From an uncultured Alphaproteobacteria bacterium (GTDB taxonomy: Bacteria; Pseudomonadota; Alphaproteobacteria; HIMB59; GCA-002718135), in NCBI GenBank assembly GCA_902577425.1, contig CACGZD010000001.1, positions 401,513-465,512 on the forward strand: a DNA stretch of 64,000 bases, written 5' to 3'. The notes below the pieces were generated by a model, which was given only the letters and a program-made list of their open reading frames with translations, was not told where the DNA came from and did no database searches. A program made the position numbers and the translations under genes. This document shows, piece after piece, positions 45,231-55,654 of this stretch; position 1 is the first letter of the stretch; each line of letters starts with the position of its first letter.

Positions 45231-46112
45231 ATGAGTAAAAAAAATAAAATTTTCTGGATTGTGTCATGGCCAAAAAGTGGAAATACTTTATTAAGAGCAA
45301 TAATAGCATCATTATTTTTTACTGAAGATGGAAAATTTGAAGACTTTAGTATTTTTACTAACACTATCAACCAATTTGAAAGAATAGAAAGGCTAAATTT
45401 TATTAAAAAAGAAAATCCAGAAGACTATGAAAATATTTCTAAAATTGAAATATTATCTAAGTATTGGTTAGATATGCAGTCTAAAGGACTAAAAATTACT
45501 GGGGATTTTTGTTTTTTAAAAACACATAGTGCTCTTTTATCAATGTTTAATAATCAGTTTACTAATAAACAAAATACAATGGGATTCTTTTATATTGTTA
45601 GAGATCCAAGAGATGTAGCTATATCATATGCTAAACACTTAAATGTAGATATTGATACTTCAATCAAAAGAATGATTAATACAGACACTTGTTTTGAATA
45701 CCCAGGTAGAAAAGACTTTAATAACAAAATAAAACCACTTGGAATACAAAGTTCATGGGCAATACATTTAAAGTCTTGGCAAATGTTTGAGGTGCCAAAC
45801 CTGATTTTAAAATATGAGGATATAGTATATGAAAAGGAGATAGTGTTAAAAAAAATTATAAACTTTTTTAAAAATCATTTTAATATAAAATTTTCTAATG
45901 TATCAAATAAAATAGAAAATATAGTAAACACTACTAGCTTTGAAAAAATGAGAAATTTAGAAAATAAAATTGGTTTTAAAGAATCAGTACAAAATAAAAG
46001 TTTTTTTCAAGTTGGTAAAAAACTTCAATGGAAAGAAAAATTACAATTGTCTCAAATAAAATTGATAGAAAAACATTTTAAAAAAGAAATGAATAATCTA
46101 GACTACTTATAA
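45231..46112 (+). CDS. SULT-like (PF00685-type) sulfotransferase, copy 1
   Basis: 293 aa. It has the PAPS 5'-phosphosulfate loop WPKSGNTLLR, the catalytic-His block FLKTHSA, the 3'-phosphate motif YIVRDPRDVAIS and a C-terminal FFQVGKKLQWKEKL. The ATG follows the tsaD stop directly. Confidence 0.8.
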   Translation: MSKKNKIFWIVSWPKSGNTLLRAIIASLFFTEDGKFEDFSIFTNTINQFERIERLNFIKKENPEDYENISKIEILSKYWLDMQSKGLKITGDFCFLKTHSALLSMFNNQFTNKQNTMGFFYIVRDPRDVAISYAKHLNVDIDTSIKRMINTDTCFEYPGRKDFNNKIKPLGIQSSWAIHLKSWQMFEVPNLILKYEDIVYEKEIVLKKIINFFKNHFNIKFSNVSNKIENIVNTTSFEKMRNLENKIGFKESVQNKSFFQVGKKLQWKEKLQLSQIKLIEKHFKKEMNNLDYL

Positions 46113-46121
46113 ATTATAGAA

Positions 46122-46538
46122 ATGACAAAAAAATATTGGCTGTTAAAATCTGAACCAAGTACTTGGTCTTGGCAAGATCAAAATAATGTAAAAAAAGATA
46201 TGTGGGATGGAGTACGAAATTATCAAGCTAGAAACAATCTTATTAAGATGAAAAAGGGAGACTTATGTTTTTTTTATCATTCGGTTAATGAAAAACGAAT
46301 AGTAGGAATTGTTAAAGTAGTAAAAGAATACTATCAGGATCCTACGGACAAATTAAAAAAATTTGTTGTTGTAGATGTGGCAAAATATAAAACTTTAAAA
46401 TATCCTGTTTCTTTAGATAAGATTAAAAGTGAAAAAAAACTCTCTCATTTAGCCCTAATTAAACAAAGTAGATTATCAGTAATGCCTATTGATAAAAAAT
46501 CTTGGGAAATAATATTAAAAATGAGCGAGTATGAATGA
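46122..46538 (+). CDS. EVE (PUA-like) domain protein
   Basis: 138 aa with the N-terminal YWLLKSEPSTWSW signature and GDLCFFYHS. Confidence 0.8.
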   Translation: MTKKYWLLKSEPSTWSWQDQNNVKKDMWDGVRNYQARNNLIKMKKGDLCFFYHSVNEKRIVGIVKVVKEYYQDPTDKLKKFVVVDVAKYKTLKYPVSLDKIKSEKKLSHLALIKQSRLSVMPIDKKSWEIILKMSEYE

Positions 46539-47412
46539 TCCAAAAAAAATATTTTGGGTAGCTTCTTATCCAAAAAGTGGAAATACTCTAATGAGAGCAA
46601 TGCTGTCCTCTTTATTTTTTTCTCAAAAAGGTAAATATTCAAATGAATTATTGGATTGGATTGAATCCTTTGAAACATGTGCTAGGTTAAAATTTATTGA
46701 AGAAGAAAATCCACAAGATATAAAAAAGATTAATAACTTAAAAGTTCTTTCTAAATATTGGAAAGAAATGCAATCTGAAAAAAGATTCAACATTAAAGAA
46801 AGTTTTTGTTTCATAAAAACACATAGTGCATTAACAAATATTTTTGGCAATAAATTTACCAATGAAAAATTATCTAGAGGATTAATATATATAGTAAGAG
46901 ACCCTAGGGATATTTTATTATCTTGGTCTAAACATAGAAATAAAAGTATAGATGATACTTTAGATTTTATGCTAAATGTTGATTCTACAATAGCATATAA
47001 CGATATTCATTTTTTAAAAGATCAAAATTTAAGACCTCTTCAATATATATCAAGTTGGAATGTCCATGTTAGGTCATGGAAAAATCTAGAAGTTCCAAAA
47101 ATAATTATACGTTTTGAAGATTTGATTGAAAAAAAACAGGACATATTAAAAAAAATAATAAATTTTTTTTACATTGAGTATGGAATTTCTATTAATAACA
47201 TTGAAGAAAAAACTGAAAATATTCTGAAAACTACTGATTTTAATTTTATGAAAATGTTAGAAGAAAAATTTGGATTCAAAGAAGCTTTAAATCACACAAA
47301 ATTTTTTAATATTGGAAAAAAAAACCAATGGAAAGATCAATTAACACTACAACAAACAAAGATAATTGAAAAAAATTTCAAAAAAGAGATGGAATATTTT
47401 AATTATCTATAA
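46531..47412 (+). CDS. SULT-like sulfotransferase, copy 2
   Basis: 293 aa with YPKSGNTLMR, FIKTHSA, YIVRDPRDILLS and FFNIGKKNQWKDQL. It overlaps the EVE gene by 8 nt. Confidence 0.8.
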   Translation: MNDPKKIFWVASYPKSGNTLMRAMLSSLFFSQKGKYSNELLDWIESFETCARLKFIEEENPQDIKKINNLKVLSKYWKEMQSEKRFNIKESFCFIKTHSALTNIFGNKFTNEKLSRGLIYIVRDPRDILLSWSKHRNKSIDDTLDFMLNVDSTIAYNDIHFLKDQNLRPLQYISSWNVHVRSWKNLEVPKIIIRFEDLIEKKQDILKKIINFFYIEYGISINNIEEKTENILKTTDFNFMKMLEEKFGFKEALNHTKFFNIGKKNQWKDQLTLQQTKIIEKNFKKEMEYFNYL

Positions 47413-47458
47413 AATTAAATTGATATTTATATATTTAAATTCTAAAATATAGATAGTT

Positions 47459-49381
47459 ATGAAAATTAAAGATTATTGGAAAAAAGATGCGCTAGTAGAT
47501 AGCTCTGAATACATAGACCTTTATGAAGATTCAATAAAAAATAATGATAAGTTTTGGGAAAAACATGGAAAAAGGATTGATTGGATAAAAAAATATACAA
47601 AAATAAAAGAAGTTACTTATAGTAAAGAAAATGTTTCTATCAAATGGTACTATGATGGGACGCTTAATGTATCTGCAAATTGCATAGATAGGCATGCAAA
47701 AAAAAATCCAAAAAAAACTGCAATAATTTGGGAAGGTGATAATCCTAATGAAACACAAAAGATTTCTTACGAAGAATTATTAATTAATGTTTGTAGAGTA
47801 GCAAATGGTCTAAAAAAAGCAGGAATCAAAAAAGGAGATAGAGTCACAATTTATTTAACAATGATTCCTGAACTAGCATATACAATGTTGGCGTGCTCAA
47901 GAATAGGAGCTATACATTCTATAATTTTTGGTGGTTTTTCATCTGAATCTATTTCAGGACGAATAATTGATTGTGAATCTGAGTATGTTGTGACTGCAGA
48001 TGAAGGAATAAGAGGGGGTAAAACAATCCAATTAAAAAACATAATGGATAATGCTTTGAAAGTTTGTCCGGATGTTAAAAAATGCATAATAGTCAAAAGA
48101 ACTGGGAATGAAATCAATATAGAAAAAAACAGAGATATTTATTTAAATGATTTAGTTTCTGGGGTTAAAGATTTTTGTGAACCTGAAAAAATGAATGCTG
48201 AAGACCCTCTTTTTATTCTTTATACCTCAGGGTCAACTGGAAAGCCAAAAGGTGTTTTACATACATCAGGTGGATATTTAGTTTATGCATCAATGACCCA
48301 TGAATATATTTTTAACTATAAAAAAGATGATATCTATTGGTGTACTGCAGATATTGGGTGGATAACTGGTCATAGCTATATTATATATGGACCTCTAGCA
48401 AATGGCGCAACAACCTTGATGTTTGAAGGTGTCCCAAACTATCCTTCATATTCAAGGTTTTGGGAGATAGTAGATAAACATAAAGTAAATATTTTTTATA
48501 CTGCTCCTACTGCTATCCGCGCCCTTATGAGAGAAGGCAATGATCCTGTAAAAAAAACAAATAGAAATTCTTTAAAACTTTTAGGAACAGTTGGTGAACC
48601 AATTAATCCTGAAGCTTGGAAGTGGTATTTTGAAGTACCTGGTGATAGCAAATGTCCTATAGTTGACACCTGGTGGCAAACAGAAACAGGAGGAATTTTA
48701 ATAGCTCCACAAACAGGGGCAATAGAATTAAAACCTGGTTCTGCTACTAAGCCTTTTTATGGAATAATACCTGCAATAGTTGACAAAGATGGTAATGAGC
48801 TAAAAGGAGAGTGTGAAGGAATGTTATGCTTATCAAAATCGTGGCCGGGTCAAATGAGAACTGTTTATGGTGATCATTCAAGATTTGTTAATACTTATTT
48901 TTCACAATTTGAAGGAAAATATTTTACTGGTGATGGATGTAAAAGAGATAAGGATGGTTATTATTGGATTACAGGAAGAGTTGATGATGTAATTATAGTC
49001 TCTGGTCATAACTTGGGGACTGCTGAAATTGAAAGTGCGTTTGTATCACATCAAGATGTTGCAGAAGCTGCTGTAGTTGGTTATCCTCATGATATAAAAG
49101 GTAATGGACTATATTGCTATGTTTCTTTAAACGTAGGGTTAGTTCCTAATTCAGAATTAACAAAAAAATTAAAAGATGTTGTTAGAGAAAAAATTGGACC
49201 TATAGCAACTCCGGATTTAATTCATTTTACTTCTGGATTGCCCAAAACTAGATCCGGTAAAATAATGAGAAGAATCTTAAGAAAAATTGCTGCTAATGAA
49301 CATGATCAATTGGGAGATACATCTACACTTGCTGACCCAAGTGTAGTAGAAGACTTGATTCAGAATAGGTTAAACAAGTAG
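47459..49381 (+). CDS. acs: Acetyl-CoA synthetase
   Basis: 640 aa with [11 protein letters not shown], the WWQTETGG block and a C-terminal [11 protein letters not shown]. Confidence 0.95.
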   Translation: MKIKDYWKKDALVDSSEYIDLYEDSIKNNDKFWEKHGKRIDWIKKYTKIKEVTYSKENVSIKWYYDGTLNVSANCIDRHAKKNPKKTAIIWEGDNPNETQKISYEELLINVCRVANGLKKAGIKKGDRVTIYLTMIPELAYTMLACSRIGAIHSIIFGGFSSESISGRIIDCESEYVVTADEGIRGGKTIQLKNIMDNALKVCPDVKKCIIVKRTGNEINIEKNRDIYLNDLVSGVKDFCEPEKMNAEDPLFILYTSGSTGKPKGVLHTSGGYLVYASMTHEYIFNYKKDDIYWCTADIGWITGHSYIIYGPLANGATTLMFEGVPNYPSYSRFWEIVDKHKVNIFYTAPTAIRALMREGNDPVKKTNRNSLKLLGTVGEPINPEAWKWYFEVPGDSKCPIVDTWWQTETGGILIAPQTGAIELKPGSATKPFYGIIPAIVDKDGNELKGECEGMLCLSKSWPGQMRTVYGDHSRFVNTYFSQFEGKYFTGDGCKRDKDGYYWITGRVDDVIIVSGHNLGTAEIESAFVSHQDVAEAAVVGYPHDIKGNGLYCYVSLNVGLVPNSELTKKLKDVVREKIGPIATPDLIHFTSGLPKTRSGKIMRRILRKIAANEHDQLGDTSTLADPSVVEDLIQNRLNK

Positions 49382-49383
49382 TA

Positions 49384-49935
49384 TTATCTTGGCTCCCAAT
49401 GTTTTAAACATCTGGGCTCGTAAATATTAGCTGCACCAACTTGAGTTCTACTTCCCCCTTCAATTTTTCGATATGTTTTGGTAGCCTCGAGTCCACAAAC
49501 ATTGCAAAAACCATAAATTTTTGTAATTTTATCCGAAAGACCTAAAAGAAAAGATGATGTTTCCCAGGGCTTGCCTCTTGAATCTTGGTCCAAACCTGCA
49601 CAAACAACATCTATTCCTAAATTTAAAATTTTGTCTACATTTTCTATAGTTGGCTTAGGATCCATAAATTGTATTTCATCTAAAAAAATCATATCAAAAG
49701 TTTTATTATTAAAAGTAAAATTATTGTTTGTTGATTCCCAGTCTATCATTGAATAACAATCGTGACTTAGATTATTGTGTGTAGTTATCAATTTTTCTGA
49801 ATAACGATCATCAATACTTGGCTTAATAACTAATATCTTTTTCTTTTGATGTTCAGCCCATAAAATTCTTTTAAGCAATTCACTTGTTTTCCCTGCAAAC
49901 ATTGCTCCAACAATTGTTTCTAGTGTGCCTCTCAT
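49384..49935 (-). CDS. tdk: Thymidine kinase
   Basis: 183 aa with P-loop GAMFAGKTSEL, FLDEIQF and C-terminal zinc-site cysteines (CNVCG...CLKH). Confidence 0.9.
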   Translation of the reverse strand: MRGTLETIVGAMFAGKTSELLKRILWAEHQKKKILVIKPSIDDRYSEKLITTHNNLSHDCYSMIDWESTNNNFTFNNKTFDMIFLDEIQFMDPKPTIENVDKILNLGIDVVCAGLDQDSRGKPWETSSFLLGLSDKITKIYGFCNVCGLEATKTYRKIEGGSRTQVGAANIYEPRCLKHWEPR

Positions 49936-49939
49936 TTAG

Positions 49940-51094
49940 TTATAAAATATTGTCAATTAAATTTGTTATATGTTTTATATTAATATTTTCAACACATCCT
50001 ACTGGTTTTGAAATTAAACCAATATAGCTATCCTTAATACTACCTCTTTGTAAAGAATTTAAATTTTTAATTTTAAAAAAATTCCTTTTGCTTATCCCTA
50101 AAGAATGAAAACAACCTATTTTTCCATCTAAATTGAATACATTTGTTAGTCCACAAGGGGATGAACAAAAGTCTGAACGAAAATTATTTTCTATAGGATA
50201 AATATTTTCTGTCCCACTTAATAATTTTTTATGACTCACACTAGTAATAATAAGTATACCTTTTTTATTTAATAGCTTTGCCAAATGTAATGGACCGGAG
50301 TCCATAAAAATTCCGAAATCAATTTTGGCTACTGTATTACTTAATATTTCTAAATTCTCTGGTTTAATAATATTTACATTTTTAATTGGCAATTTTGATT
50401 CAATAAAATTTGAAATATCTGAATTATCTAAAACTATTTCTATTTTTATTCTATCTTTATAAGTCTTAATAATTTCATTAATTAAAAAAGGAGGGAGAGA
50501 TCTAATTGGGGATTGAGATATAGGAAAAATAGTAATTTTAGTTAATTTAGTTTTTTCAAATTTTTTTAAATTTTTATTTAATGTTTTGAGTCCAAAAAAT
50601 TTGGATAAGCATTTGTTAATATCTTGCCTATTATACTTTTGAAATTTAAGATCTTCTATTTCTAATGTAACATGAAATTGATTATTGAATTTATAATAAT
50701 TTTCTTCACTAATCACATCAGAGTAAACATAATTGATTTTAAAATATTTTTTTAAAATTAATGAGTATTTTCCAATAAAAGCTACTCCAATTTTTTTGAA
50801 TTTTTTTGAATTTTCTAATTTCTCTATAAATAGAGCATATTCGATTAAATCCCCTAGACCCATACTTGGGGGAAGGCAAAACAATACAGAATCTTCAAGG
50901 GATTTATTAAATTTTCTTTTTTCAAATGAAACAAAATTGATATACTTTATAAATTCACTTTTATTAAGTGTTTTCCAAAGTTTAGTATTTTTAGAATAAT
51001 AGGTGATATTTTCTTTTATATTTTCTTTTACAATATAGGGAAAATCTTCTTGATTCAAAAAATTTTTTTTTAGTGAAAAACTGAAAAATGGCAT
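49940..51094 (-). CDS. Glycosyltransferase family 9-like protein (heptosyltransferase fold)
   Basis: 384 aa with SMGLGDLIEY and MDSGPLHLAKLLNKKGILI, which correspond to the two GT9 signature blocks. Confidence 0.55.
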   Translation of the reverse strand: MPFFSFSLKKNFLNQEDFPYIVKENIKENITYYSKNTKLWKTLNKSEFIKYINFVSFEKRKFNKSLEDSVLFCLPPSMGLGDLIEYALFIEKLENSKKFKKIGVAFIGKYSLILKKYFKINYVYSDVISEENYYKFNNQFHVTLEIEDLKFQKYNRQDINKCLSKFFGLKTLNKNLKKFEKTKLTKITIFPISQSPIRSLPPFLINEIIKTYKDRIKIEIVLDNSDISNFIESKLPIKNVNIIKPENLEILSNTVAKIDFGIFMDSGPLHLAKLLNKKGILIITSVSHKKLLSGTENIYPIENNFRSDFCSSPCGLTNVFNLDGKIGCFHSLGISKRNFFKIKNLNSLQRGSIKDSYIGLISKPVGCVENINIKHITNLIDNIL

Positions 51095-51137
51095 AAAAGT
51101 GAATGTATTAATTTAAAGATTTTTATATAGTTCATCA

Positions 51138-52412
51138 ATGCAAAAAGGGGCACAAACACGCAGATCAGTTCATATAATATTATGTGCCTTAAAAAATAAC
51201 AGTGATGTATTCGAAGAAATTTTAAATAAACACATTATTAAATATAAATATTCATCTAGAGATATTAATTTAATTCAGGCAGTAGTTCTAGAAAGTATTA
51301 GATACAACAACCAAGTAAAAACTATAATAGCAAAATATTCTAAAAAAAAAATTAACGAAGATAGTTACATTTTATTATTAAGTGCAATAACACAGTTATT
51401 ATATTTAAATTTCAAAGAATATGCAGTAGTAAATTCCTCTGTAGAGATTGCTAAAAATTTAAAAACTTCATCTGGGTTTATTAATGCAATTTTAAAAAAA
51501 ATTATTCAGAATAAGAAAAAATTACAAGAAATTAGAATGGATAAAAATAATCTGCCTAAATGGTTTTTAGGAGAATTATCTAAATTAAAAAAAGATAAAC
51601 AAGAACTTGTAATAAAATCTATAAATGAAAAACCTCAATTACATATTGTATTCAAAAGTAATTTATTCTTAAAAAAATTTATTTCTGAAATAAAATATGA
51701 TTTTACAACAACTTCTAAAAATTCATTGATTATAAATAAGTTTAATAAAATAGAAAACATAGCAAGATACAATAAAGGAGAATGGTGGATCCAAGATTAT
51801 TCAGCTATGTTACCAATTTATTTAAGTAAAAATTTTAACAACAAAGAAATAATAGATTTTTGTGCTGCACCTGGTGGCAAAACATTTCAATCCTTAGCAA
51901 ATAATAATAAAGTTTCGGTGGTTGAAAAAGATAAAAAAAGAGCCATTATATTAAGGAGAAACTTAAAGAGGTTAAATTTTAATGTACCAATAGAAATAAA
52001 AGATGCGATAAATCTGAATGAAAATAAAAAATATGAAGTAATTTTGATAGATGCTCCTTGTACAGCAATAGGAACAATAAGAAAAAACCCTGAAATTCTA
52101 TTTAGAAAAACAGATGCTAATCTATATAAATACACTGAAACTCAAATGAATCTACTAAATAAAGCTGCAACTCTAATTAAAAATAACGGTGAGATTATCT
52201 ACATGGTTTGTTCTTTTTTTGAACATGAGACTACAAGGCAAATAAAAAAATTTTTAAACTTAAACAAAAATTTTGTTGTTAAAAAATTTGAAAAAAATGA
52301 AAATGAAGATCTAATAGATGATTGTGGATTTATAAATACTGTTCCTTGCACCTTAAAAAATAATGTTAAAATAGATGGTTTTTTTGCGGCAAAATTGAAA
52401 AGAAATGATTAA
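51138..52412 (+). CDS. rsmB: 16S rRNA (cytosine967-C5)-methyltransferase
   Basis: 424 aa with an N-terminal NusB-like domain, CAAPGGKT and DAPCTAIGTIRKNPE. Confidence 0.85.
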   Translation: MQKGAQTRRSVHIILCALKNNSDVFEEILNKHIIKYKYSSRDINLIQAVVLESIRYNNQVKTIIAKYSKKKINEDSYILLLSAITQLLYLNFKEYAVVNSSVEIAKNLKTSSGFINAILKKIIQNKKKLQEIRMDKNNLPKWFLGELSKLKKDKQELVIKSINEKPQLHIVFKSNLFLKKFISEIKYDFTTTSKNSLIINKFNKIENIARYNKGEWWIQDYSAMLPIYLSKNFNNKEIIDFCAAPGGKTFQSLANNNKVSVVEKDKKRAIILRRNLKRLNFNVPIEIKDAINLNENKKYEVILIDAPCTAIGTIRKNPEILFRKTDANLYKYTETQMNLLNKAATLIKNNGEIIYMVCSFFEHETTRQIKKFLNLNKNFVVKKFEKNENEDLIDDCGFINTVPCTLKNNVKIDGFFAAKLKRND

Positions 52413-53976
52413 ATCCATTATAATTTTTTTAAAAAAATATTTTTTTTCACAAAAGTGGTACATAAAAATTAATATAAAAAATCTTCCTGTTGAGTTACAA
52501 AATTTTAATCACTTAAATATTTTTTTTAATCACAATAATTTAATTAAAAATAGAATAATTACAAAAAATTATTTCAAAAAAAACCAAAATCCAAAAAAAA
52601 ATATTTATTATAATTCTTTTGATTGGTTATTATCCGCTAAGATAATAGGTGGACCAGAAAGTTTATATTTTTCAAAAAAACAAATAAAATTATGGTATGG
52701 TGAAAGCTTTTCAATTAAAAGTTTTTTTTGGAGTAATGAGCTGTGTGCAAAAAGGCTAATAAATTTGATTTATGCTTATGACTTTTATGCAATTTCAGCG
52801 AATGAAAGTGACAAAAAAATTTTTCAATATATTATTTATAAACATTATATTATTAATAAAATTTATATAAAAAACCTTCCAACTGATAAATTATCAATAG
52901 AAAATTCTAAAGCAAACTTGTTATTAGGATTATTATATGAAAAAAATATTATTGATTCAATAGAAGTAATTAAGAAACAATTAATTGAACACATAGACAC
53001 AAATGGCTTTCACAAAAGCTATAACCCTGTGCTACAAGCAGAGTATATAAATAATTTAATTGAAATAAAAAATATTCTTCTTTTTTTTAAGATTAAAGTA
53101 TTTGAGGAAATTAATTTTCAAATAGCTAATATGACTTCTGTGCTCAATAATCTTTTTCATAAAGATACAACTTTAGCACTTTTTAATGGATCTCATAATA
53201 TATTTAACAAAGATATATTAACCTTAATAAAACAAAAAAAAGATTTAAAAGAAAAAAAACTTTTTTTTATAAAAAATGGTTTGGCAGTCTATAGCGATAG
53301 AGAGAAAAAAGTTTTTTTTGATGTTGTTAAACCTACTAATAATTACATTAATAATAAACTACATTCTGGAACTCTAAGTTTCGAATTTAGCGCAAAGAAG
53401 GAAAAAATAATTACTAATTGTGGCTCAATAAATAAAATATATGATGATAAACCAAATTATCTAAGATTTTCAGCTGCCCATTCAACCTTAATATTAAATA
53501 ATACAAATATTAGTGAACTAGATTACAAAAGATCATATACGAGAATTCCTAAAAACATAAATTATCAACATAAAGAAGAAGAAAATAAATTAACTTTAAT
53601 TTGTAGTCATGATGGATATAAAGAGAACTATAAAAAAATTATTAAAAGAAAATTAACTATTTCAAAGTTGAAAAATACTATTTTTGGCCAAGATTCAATT
53701 ATGCCAATTAAGTTAAGCTCCAAAAAAATATTATTTAATATAAGATTTCATTTAATGCCTGATAGTCAATCAAGCTTAACAAATAGTAAAAAAAAGGTAA
53801 TTATCAAAACTAAAAATAGCAATACTTGGGTTTTTGAAGCAGAAAATAAATTAGAAATTGATGAAAGTATTTTTATAGATTTAAATGATAAGATCCAACA
53901 AAGCAAACAAATTGTAATAAATGGCTTTGTTGAAGATTCAATTAAAGTTATAAAATGGTCAATAAAGGAGTTATAA
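52405..53976 (+). CDS. Heparinase II/III-like family protein
   Basis: 523 aa with a C-terminal HSGTLSFEFSAKKEKIITNCG block typical of the family. An rsmB / heparinase-like / purH order is common in alphaproteobacteria. Confidence 0.55.
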   Translation: MIKSIIIFLKKYFFSQKWYIKINIKNLPVELQNFNHLNIFFNHNNLIKNRIITKNYFKKNQNPKKNIYYNSFDWLLSAKIIGGPESLYFSKKQIKLWYGESFSIKSFFWSNELCAKRLINLIYAYDFYAISANESDKKIFQYIIYKHYIINKIYIKNLPTDKLSIENSKANLLLGLLYEKNIIDSIEVIKKQLIEHIDTNGFHKSYNPVLQAEYINNLIEIKNILLFFKIKVFEEINFQIANMTSVLNNLFHKDTTLALFNGSHNIFNKDILTLIKQKKDLKEKKLFFIKNGLAVYSDREKKVFFDVVKPTNNYINNKLHSGTLSFEFSAKKEKIITNCGSINKIYDDKPNYLRFSAAHSTLILNNTNISELDYKRSYTRIPKNINYQHKEEENKLTLICSHDGYKENYKKIIKRKLTISKLKNTIFGQDSIMPIKLSSKKILFNIRFHLMPDSQSSLTNSKKKVIIKTKNSNTWVFEAENKLEIDESIFIDLNDKIQQSKQIVINGFVEDSIKVIKWSIKEL

Positions 53977-55496
53977 AATTGAAAAAAAACAAACGCTATG
54001 CTTTAATATCAACATTTGATAAATCAGGTTTAAAAAAAATTTGTACTAATTTTAAAAAAAATAATATTTCAATCATTTCAACTGGAGGAACAGCAAGATA
54101 TATAAAAAAGATTGGATTTAAGTGTCTATCTATTGAAAGCTTGACGAAGTTTAAAGAAATTCTTGATGGTAGAGTTAAAACTTTGCATCCTAAAATATTT
54201 GCTTCATTGCTTTTTAAAAGAAATGATACACAACATATTAAAACTTTTGATAATCTTGGTTTTCCAAAAATAGATTTTGTAATTATTAATTTATATCCTT
54301 TCGAAAAAACAATAAGTAAAAAATCAAAAATTGACGAATGTATAGAAATGATTGATGTTGGTGGTCCGAGTATAATGAGAGCTTCAGCAAAAAACTTTTA
54401 TGATGTAACATCAATATGTGATCCTAAATATTATGAAAATTTTATACAAGATTTAAATAAAAATAAAGGAAAGACTTCATTAAGTTTTAGAAAAAAAATG
54501 TCTCAAAAAGTTTTTGAACGAACTTCCTGTTATGATAAAATAATAAGTGAATGGCTTATTCCCAAAACTAAAACTCTTAACGCAAATAAAAAAATAAAGC
54601 TTAGGTATGGAGAAAACCCTAATCAAAAAGCAAGTTTATTGTTAAAAAACAAAAAGAAAAATATTTTTGAAAATCTACTTAAGGGTAAAAAGGTTAGTTA
54701 CAATAATATTTTGGATATAGATGCAAATCTAAGCTGTTTAAATGAGTTTTCACAAACAGCTTGTGTAATAATAAAGCACAACAATCCTTGCGGAGTTGCT
54801 ATTGGCAAAACACCTTTAGAAGCCTTTAAAAAGGCTTATGAATGTGATCCAAAAAGTGCTTTTGGAGGTATAGTAGGCTTTAATAAACAAATAAATCCTG
54901 ATCTTGCTAAAATTTTAAAAAAACATTTTTTTGAAGTTATTATAGGAAAAGGATTTGATATTAAATGTAAAGACTTATTTACTGATAAAAAAAATTTAAT
55001 ATTGATAAATTCAAAAAATTTTAGAATAGATAAAAACACAGAAATAAAATCAATAAATAATGGTTTTTTAAAACAACAAAAAAACTTAGCAAAAATAAAC
55101 AAAAAAAATATAAAATCTGTATCAATAATAAAATCTAAAGAAAGAGAATTAAATGATCTTATTTTTGCTCTCAAGGTTTGCAAACATGTAAAATCTAATT
55201 CTATAGTAATTGCTAAAAATCAACAAACTCTTGGTATAGGGGCTGGACAAATGAGCAGAATAGACGCAGTAAAAATTTCAATTTCTAAAATTTCTAAAAA
55301 ATTAAAACCCAAAGGTTTTGTTGTTGCATCAGATGCATTTTTTCCATTTAATGATAATGTTAAATTGTTAATTAAAAATAACTGTAAAGCGATTATTCAA
55401 CCAATGGGTTCTAAAAATGATAATAAGGTAATTAAATTAGTTAACGAAAAAAAAATAGCTTTGTATTTTACAAAATTTAGATTTTTTAAACATTAA
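53955..55496 (+). CDS. purH: Bifunctional AICAR formyltransferase / IMP cyclohydrolase
   Basis: It has an MGS-like N-terminus (ALISTFDKSGL, STGGTARYI) and a C-terminal ASDAFFPF. The start is uncertain: ATG 53955 overlaps the upstream gene by 22 nt, and an in-frame TTG at 53979 lies 2 nt after its stop. Confidence 0.9.
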   Translation: MVNKGVIKLKKNKRYALISTFDKSGLKKICTNFKKNNISIISTGGTARYIKKIGFKCLSIESLTKFKEILDGRVKTLHPKIFASLLFKRNDTQHIKTFDNLGFPKIDFVIINLYPFEKTISKKSKIDECIEMIDVGGPSIMRASAKNFYDVTSICDPKYYENFIQDLNKNKGKTSLSFRKKMSQKVFERTSCYDKIISEWLIPKTKTLNANKKIKLRYGENPNQKASLLLKNKKKNIFENLLKGKKVSYNNILDIDANLSCLNEFSQTACVIIKHNNPCGVAIGKTPLEAFKKAYECDPKSAFGGIVGFNKQINPDLAKILKKHFFEVIIGKGFDIKCKDLFTDKKNLILINSKNFRIDKNTEIKSINNGFLKQQKNLAKINKKNIKSVSIIKSKERELNDLIFALKVCKHVKSNSIVIAKNQQTLGIGAGQMSRIDAVKISISKISKKLKPKGFVVASDAFFPFNDNVKLLIKNNCKAIIQPMGSKNDNKVIKLVNEKKIALYFTKFRFFKH

Positions 55497-55654
55497 TGAA
55501 AAAAAAAGATAACTATTGTAAGGATTATATAAATGAAATATTAAAATTATTTCCAAAAGTTTCTTCTGGAAGAAAAAACTATTCTGATCACCAAAAAAGA
55601 ATAGATGAAGTTTTCAAACTAATAAATAAATATAATAAAAGTAAAAACAAATGA
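55496..55654 (+). CDS. Unlisted 52-codon ORF filling the purH-sulfotransferase gap (hypothetical small basic protein)
   Basis: The ATG at 55496 overlaps the purH stop as TAATG. The TGA at 55652-55654 overlaps the next ATG (55651) as ATGA. Product: MKKKDNYCKDYINEILKLFPKVSSGRKNYSDHQKRIDEVFKLINKYNKSKNK. Confidence 0.35.
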   Translation: MKKKDNYCKDYINEILKLFPKVSSGRKNYSDHQKRIDEVFKLINKYNKSKNK

